37,798 nucleotides of DNA from Bacteroidetes bacterium UBA6491. Its GTDB lineage: Bacteria > Bacteroidota > Bacteroidia > NS11-12g > UBA9320. The translations under genes were made by a program, and so were the position numbers. The stretch is taken from positions 1 through 37,798 of the forward strand of contig DJML01000003.1 of the NCBI GenBank assembly GCA_002436505.1, read 5' to 3'. The notes beneath the pieces were generated by a model. That model was not told the DNA's origin. It was given only the letters and a program-made list of their open reading frames with translations, and did no database searches. How positions within the stretch are numbered: the stretch's first letter is position 1; every line of letters starts with the position of its first letter. This document shows, one piece after another, positions 32,807 through 37,798 of this stretch.

Positions 32807-35800
32807 TTAGAACAGATACCTCAGTTGCAGACGACCTATATGTATGACATCCACTTTTTCTGACTTTCGTCCGTCATAATTTATCAGTAGCTGTATGTTG
32901 TTCGGGAACCTGTACTCTGCCTGAAGCAGCCATTTAAAATTGGTACCGTTCTGTAGCCCCTGAAGGAGTTCGTATGTCAGAGGACTGGAGGGGTCACCGT
33001 TATAATCGATGTGAACATAGCCAAAGGAAGTTCTTATGTTTCCTCGATTTACAGCATTCCATCTGAACTCAAAAGAAATGTCTTTATTGACAGCATTCTC
33101 GCCACCCATCACTGCTTTATTCTCTGCCTCACTTTGTTTATAGATCAGGCTGGTCCTCAGTTTTTGTTTGAACTGGTACTCAAGCCTCGGTTCTACTGAA
33201 ATATAGTCGTAGTCGAAACTTCGATCAGACAGGAACTCTGATGTATAGGACCGGTTGCCGGAGGTTGCCTCCGTAACCACGCTCCAGGACCTTGTGATGT
33301 TCCATCTGCCTTTTATACCGTATTCAATGTTCTCTCTGCTGTCAAAACCTGATATCAGGAAGATCTTGGATGTGCTTTGCAAATAATTAAAGTCCATGCC
33401 GAATTTCGGGTCGGACTGATTAAAGAACACGGCGTTCCTGATCGCAGAAGTGGTGCTTATCAGAGCAGAATCATCGACGTTCATTGCAAATGGATTGAGG
33501 AATTCTTTGTAGTCATTGTCTGTTACTTTTTTTTCTATACGAACGGTATTAAGATTTGAGAACCTGCTTAAAAACCTTTTCACCCCTTTGCTTTGATTTC
33601 GCCACACTATGGCCGGATTTACCCTGATGCTATGATTGAACTGATTGGAATAGGATTTAATGAAATCCTGGGTAGGTAAAAACTGCCGGATAAAGTTTGC
33701 CCGGCCAATGTCCAGATCCGAAGCATATTCAAATTCGTTCAGACTTTGAACACCGTTGCTGTCATAATCATTCCAGATATACGTACCGTTTCCGTCTCCC
33801 ACACGGATATAGGTAAACTCACGCCTTTGCTCCTGTCCCGTACCCAACTGGTAAAAGAACTGCGTCCTCACCACTTTTCTTAAAGCATTGAAATTGACCT
33901 CAACTCTACCCTGAAGCGTATTCTCAGGTTTGAGTAAAGACAAAAGCGAATCTTTAAAATCCAGTTGTCTGTAGATCCCTGTCAGTCTGAAATCTCCATT
34001 TTTTTTACCCTTCCAGGCTGTGAGATAGCTGAGATCCCGGCCAACAGTATACAACTTATAATCGCTGTTATCCGGCTGATAATCGTTTCTCTCAGAATAA
34101 CCCAACCTGTACTGAAATCGCATGGAATCATTGTTCTTGATAAATCCTTCGTATGCGTTAAAGTGAAAACTTCCCGACAAAAGGCTGTCGTCGCCTTTTG
34201 GGATATAATTACTTTGCTCAGATGAATATTGCCCCCCTGCCTCTATCCATCTGAAAGAACGTTTATACCTGACAAGATAGCCCATGAATGAATTATCGAT
34301 CACCGACAAGGCAGCCGAATCTTCAGAAACCCCCGCTGATGAGATCTCAACGGGTGTGCCCGTACTTAACTGTTCGGCTTTAACCATGAAATCATTGCGC
34401 TTGTCCCGCCAGAAATACTCTCCCTGATGCTGGATCCCGGTGGACAGGCCCGACCTGTCATAGAGCGCGAATTGATATCTTGTTCCTAGTGTCTTTTTCC
34501 TGTGAAGGCTCAGACTCGATCTGATCACATTCTCATTGTATTTGGTCCGTATCAGATTGTCCGGATTTTCTAATTTCCTGTTCCAACTTCTGTCAAATTC
34601 TACATCCCTGTACCTCTCCACATATACAAAATTCTTATCTATGAATTCGTAACTGACATCTGACTGAAGTTGCCATTTTGAGGTCTTTGGCAAATGAGAA
34701 CCGTTAAACCTGAAGAATGCGCCGTAGCCATTGTCATCTTTGGCGTCAAGATCGGAGAACGTATTTATATCATTGATGGTAGTCGCCAGTTCGAAGGAGA
34801 CAATGTTCCCTTCAGAAATTTCATATTTTCCTCCAAACGTCGCCATTTGGTGCCGGTTTGGTGTAATCAATACCTCAACAGGCTCATAGTCTCCTTTCAT
34901 TATACCTGCCACAGGTGCAATGAATTCAAACACCTTGCCATTGGCATTGCTCAGCTTTTGCCTGTAGTTTCCATTTCCTGCACCGACATAACTGAAAGAC
35001 ACCTCGTAAAAAAGTGTATCACTTTTTGGATCATTGGCGTAAACGAAGATCTTCTGTCCCAGGCTGTCCCTACGGACATACATGATACGCGAAGGGTTGA
35101 ATATTTTTGTTGACGACACCCTTTGGATGTAAGCCTGCCTTACATCGCCTGCTTCTGCCAGCACTTCCCTGGCACTCTTGTTCGACAAACTGTCAAAGCC
35201 ATCGAGTGACTGCTGAAAAGGTTGGTTCCTGTTGTCCTGCTCAGTAAAGTAATTCCCATTCAGGGTCCATTTTCCAATGACGTACTCTCCACCCATTCTC
35301 ACCACTGAACGTGCATAGTTCCTGTCAGAATACTGGAACTCAACTACAATACGACTATATCGTGTTATTAACCGGTTGGGGGTAAAGATGATCTCGCCCG
35401 TATTATAATCTACTATATAATCGTTCTGCTCTCCACGCTGCATTATTTCACCATCCAGATAAACCTTTTCTGTACCTGAAATAACGATAATGAATATTTC
35501 GCCATTGGTGCCTTTTAACCGATACGGACCCTGATTCCCTTCAGTCCCCTGGAAAGTATTCCTTGAGAAACGGCCACGGGAAACAGCTCCTTCCGCCGAA
35601 AGACGTATGAGCCCTTTTCCGTATGAGGTTACATGCTGCAACTGAAGGCCCCGTGATTTCTTATTGTAATTCATGAAATAGCTCCCATGTGGCCGGGACA
35701 TAGGAAAATCACCTACGGTGAGGGATGTACTGTCCTGTGACAGTTGAATAAATACGCGATCGAAATCCTGTAATTGCTGCGTGTTGCCCTCAGGTTGTAT

Positions 35801-36334
35801 CGGATTATTCTGATCCGAAACTGCCGCCAGAACATCGACCTTGTTGTTGATCTTGCCATTTATTCTCAAATTCAAATTTGAATTGACAACAACATCCTGC
35901 CGGTTACCGAAACCAATGCCCCTTGATATATTGCCAATGGTATTCAGTTCGTCATCGTTGTAGATGTACTTTTCTTTTGCGGGCACATAACTGAATGGAT
36001 TTTCAGTTTGGTACAACATTCTCAGCTTAGGATCCTTGTGCCTTTTCAACGTCAGGAACTCACTGTACAGCACCCGGTAATGGACGGTAACAGAATCAAC
36101 CGCTGGTTTTTGTTTAAAATAGATGGATGCTGCAACATTGTCGACAAAGTAGGATCCGCTATCCATGCCTTCTATATGAACAGAACCGGGAGCCAGCAAT
36201 AAAGTATCCAGGGAGATCGTGTCTCCGGAAACAGCCACCCTCACAGAACGCAGGTTTTTGTCAATCTGCCCTGAGGCATTGATAAAACAGACACCGGCAA
36301 GTATCAGGACTATGAATATTGCTTTAAACGACAA
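32807..36334 (-). CDS. Very large predicted outer-membrane beta-barrel protein, uncharacterised
   Basis: 1175 aa. Signal peptide MSFKAIFIVLILAGVCFINASGQ. An N-terminal beta-sandwich-like segment of about 90 aa is followed by roughly 1000 aa of alternating-polarity strands rich in Y/F/N/G/S/R. The C-terminal ...GRLQLRYLF ends in Phe, the outer-membrane-protein signature. I could not place it in a named family by eye. Confidence 0.7.
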   Translation of the reverse strand: MSFKAIFIVLILAGVCFINASGQIDKNLRSVRVAVSGDTISLDTLLLAPGSVHIEGMDSGSYFVDNVAASIYFKQKPAVDSVTVHYRVLYSEFLTLKRHKDPKLRMLYQTENPFSYVPAKEKYIYNDDELNTIGNISRGIGFGNRQDVVVNSNLNLRINGKINNKVDVLAAVSDQNNPIQPEGNTQQLQDFDRVFIQLSQDSTSLTVGDFPMSRPHGSYFMNYNKKSRGLQLQHVTSYGKGLIRLSAEGAVSRGRFSRNTFQGTEGNQGPYRLKGTNGEIFIIVISGTEKVYLDGEIMQRGEQNDYIVDYNTGEIIFTPNRLITRYSRIVVEFQYSDRNYARSVVRMGGEYVIGKWTLNGNYFTEQDNRNQPFQQSLDGFDSLSNKSAREVLAEAGDVRQAYIQRVSSTKIFNPSRIMYVRRDSLGQKIFVYANDPKSDTLFYEVSFSYVGAGNGNYRQKLSNANGKVFEFIAPVAGIMKGDYEPVEVLITPNRHQMATFGGKYEISEGNIVSFELATTINDINTFSDLDAKDDNGYGAFFRFNGSHLPKTSKWQLQSDVSYEFIDKNFVYVERYRDVEFDRSWNRKLENPDNLIRTKYNENVIRSSLSLHRKKTLGTRYQFALYDRSGLSTGIQHQGEYFWRDKRNDFMVKAEQLSTGTPVEISSAGVSEDSAALSVIDNSFMGYLVRYKRSFRWIEAGGQYSSEQSNYIPKGDDSLLSGSFHFNAYEGFIKNNDSMRFQYRLGYSERNDYQPDNSDYKLYTVGRDLSYLTAWKGKKNGDFRLTGIYRQLDFKDSLLSLLKPENTLQGRVEVNFNALRKVVRTQFFYQLGTGQEQRREFTYIRVGDGNGTYIWNDYDSNGVQSLNEFEYASDLDIGRANFIRQFLPTQDFIKSYSNQFNHSIRVNPAIVWRNQSKGVKRFLSRFSNLNTVRIEKKVTDNDYKEFLNPFAMNVDDSALISTTSAIRNAVFFNQSDPKFGMDFNYLQSTSKIFLISGFDSRENIEYGIKGRWNITRSWSVVTEATSGNRSYTSEFLSDRSFDYDYISVEPRLEYQFKQKLRTSLIYKQSEAENKAVMGGENAVNKDISFEFRWNAVNRGNIRTSFGYVHIDYNGDPSSPLTYELLQGLQNGTNFKWLLQAEYRFPNNIQLLINYDGRKSEKVDVIHIGRLQLRYLF

Positions 36335-36470
36335 CCTTTATGAATTATGATCAAAGTTAGGCACCAACGGTATATCTAACGCATGATTCGTCATCATCAT
36401 ATGAACATAACAGCGTGAATTAATCTAATGATTGATCAGTTTTGGTAAAATTTCAACTTTAAATATCCAT

Positions 36471-36478
36471 TACCTTTG
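36471..36478 (+). promoter_or_regulatory. Candidate -7 promoter box (TACCTTTG) for hldD
   Basis: Exact TAnnTTTG match ending 16 nt upstream of the ATG at 36495. Confidence 0.4.
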
Positions 36479-36494
36479 CCCATATTCGAATAAT

Positions 36495-37457
36495 ATGATC
36501 GTAGTTACAGGAGCCGCTGGGTTTATTGGAAGCTGTCTGGTGCAAGGACTTAATGAATCAGGATTCAATGACTTGATACTGGTTGATGATTTCTCATCAT
36601 TTGAGAAGAACAAGAACCTTGAAGGGAAAAAATACTTACTGAAAGTTGACAGGAATGAATTCATTGAGAACATCGGTTCCTATGGCCCTGTTGATATGAT
36701 CTATCACATTGGTGCAAGAACAGACACTACCGAGTTCAATAAGTCCATCTTCGACGAACTGAATGTCAATTATTCGAAATCTATCTGGGCCTTTTGCACA
36801 AAAAACCAGATTCCTCTGATCTATGCTTCTTCCGCAGCAACCTACGGTAATGGCGAAAATGGTTTCGACGATGACCCTACGATCATCCCCCGTTTAAAAC
36901 CGCTGAACCCTTATGGCTTAAGCAAACAGGAGTTTGATATGTGGGTGCTGGAACAGAAAGAATGCCCCCCAGTTTGGGTTGGATTAAAATTCTTCAATGT
37001 GTTCGGTCCCAACGAATATCATAAAGGGAGAATGGCATCCGTCATCCTTCATGCGTACAGGCAGATCAAAGAAGCTGGGACCATGAAGTTGTTTATGTCT
37101 CATCATCCGGAGTATAAGCACGGCGGACAGAAAAGGGACTTCATTTATGTCAAGGATGTCGTTAAGGCTTTGCTTTTCTGGGGTGGTCAGAGCAATGCTT
37201 CGGGAATATTCAACCTGGGAACGGGCAAGGCACGTACTTTCAATGATCTTGCACATGCTATATTCAATGCCCTGGAATTGAAGGAGAACATCGAGTATAT
37301 ACCGACACCTGAGGACATCAGGGACAAATACCAGTACTATACACAAGCCAGCATGAAAAGAACCTTAGATGCAGGTTATAATGAATCTTTCATGACCCTT
37401 GAGGATGCTGTAAAGGACTATGTCCAGAATTATCTAAGCACTGACGCTTACTGGTGA
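36495..37457 (+). CDS. hldD: ADP-L-glycero-D-manno-heptose 6-epimerase
   Basis: MIVVTGAAGFIGS (Rossmann fold), YASSAATYG, PLNPYGLSK (YxxxK), and FFNVFGPNEYHKGRMASV closely resemble the E. coli HldD/RfaD block. The track start at 36432 is a TTG extension; I chose the ATG at 36495. Confidence 0.88.
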   Translation: MIVVTGAAGFIGSCLVQGLNESGFNDLILVDDFSSFEKNKNLEGKKYLLKVDRNEFIENIGSYGPVDMIYHIGARTDTTEFNKSIFDELNVNYSKSIWAFCTKNQIPLIYASSAATYGNGENGFDDDPTIIPRLKPLNPYGLSKQEFDMWVLEQKECPPVWVGLKFFNVFGPNEYHKGRMASVILHAYRQIKEAGTMKLFMSHHPEYKHGGQKRDFIYVKDVVKALLFWGGQSNASGIFNLGTGKARTFNDLAHAIFNALELKENIEYIPTPEDIRDKYQYYTQASMKRTLDAGYNESFMTLEDAVKDYVQNYLSTDAYW

Positions 37458-37798
37458 GAATAAAGGAAACATATCGGGCCTGGACAGCAATAATTGGTGC
37501 CCTGATCATTATTTCGGGAGCATTGTTCTCCGATCTGAACGCCGGGGCCACAGAAAAGAACATTGACCTCACCGTCAGTGAATTCATGGATTTTGTTGAT
37601 TCTAAAGCAGCTACCGGTGATGACATCTGTGATCATTTTCTTGAAAAAGAAACAGAAGATCTCTGGACTGAGCCGACAAAAAACTTAAAAAACTGGGAAC
37701 TTCTGATCTGGAAAGATTCCGGCATTGCGTTCTGGACTGGCAATCAGACCAAATTTGATTCGGCAATGCTTGTTCGTGGAATTCATGTAAACAGAACC
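37454..37798 (+). CDS. Membrane-anchored hypothetical protein, N-terminal part only (runs off the right window edge)
   Basis: Not in the ORF track. The frame stays open from GTG 37454 (GTGA overlap with the hldD stop) to the window end: (M)RIKETYRAWTAIIGALIIISGALFSDLNAGATEKNIDLTVSEFMDFVDS...IWKDSGIAFWTGNQTKFDSAMLVRGIHVNRT, with one transmembrane helix near the N-terminus. The start codon is uncertain; an in-frame ATG at 37586 would lose the transmembrane helix. Confidence 0.45.
   Translation, partial: MRIKETYRAWTAIIGALIIISGALFSDLNAGATEKNIDLTVSEFMDFVDSKAATGDDICDHFLEKETEDLWTEPTKNLKNWELLIWKDSGIAFWTGNQTKFDSAMLVRGIHVNRT

Noticed and set aside
37390-37636. Two minus-strand ORFs (78 and 62 aa) at the right end
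   Set aside because: They overlap the hldD 3' end and an uninterrupted plus-strand frame that encodes a plausible transmembrane helix. The products are low quality with no signal.
1-37798. Scan for CRISPR arrays, tRNA/rRNA/tmRNA genes, IS elements, integrases, and prophage or toxin-antitoxin pairs
   Set aside because: All spacers are 211 nt or shorter and AT-rich, without tRNA-like GC-rich cloverleaf segments. There are no regularly spaced direct repeats and no transposase, recombinase or small paired ORFs. The window reads as core chromosome.

Overview
This window looks like a tightly packed core-chromosome region of a Bacteroidota-type genome. The phylum assignment rests on three type-A T9SS C-terminal sorting domains, TAnnTTTG -7 promoter boxes, the absence of Shine-Dalgarno sequences, and rnc-fabF-acpP synteny. 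I support about 34 protein-coding genes. Envelope redox: a stand-alone nDsbD-like protein and dsbD. Lipid synthesis: acpP, fabF, fabD and an Sfp-type PPTase. Central and nucleotide metabolism: pyk and dcd. RNA and tRNA: rnc and tsaD. Outer-membrane biogenesis: a TamB-like protein, a PorT-family barrel, a 1175-aa barrel and hldD. Other: crcB, a Nif3 plus zinc-ribbon pair, an FtsB-like protein, and a cluster of three T9SS-secreted proteins. I found no rRNA, tRNA, CRISPR array, transposase, integrase or obvious defence or toxin-antitoxin module. I cannot point to a self-contained novel multi-gene system here. The best leads are as follows. (1) A T9SS cargo protein (24881-26884) has a central domain that aligns by eye with the gingipain (peptidase C25) catalytic domain but reads Tyr/Ser where the catalytic His/Cys should be, and it carries a His/Cys-rich insertion. 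(2) A textbook plus-strand intrinsic terminator (7333-7355) sits between two minus-strand genes, suggesting an unannotated small RNA. (3) A roughly 25-nt TGGCA-containing motif is shared by two divergent promoter regions 28 kb apart, and one copy resembles a sigma-54 -24/-12 element upstream of a tiny secreted-protein ORF. (4) A free-standing paralogue of the DsbD N-terminal domain lies directly upstream of dsbD. (5) A giant uncharacterised outer-membrane barrel is present. All family assignments come from motif recognition by eye; no database search was run.
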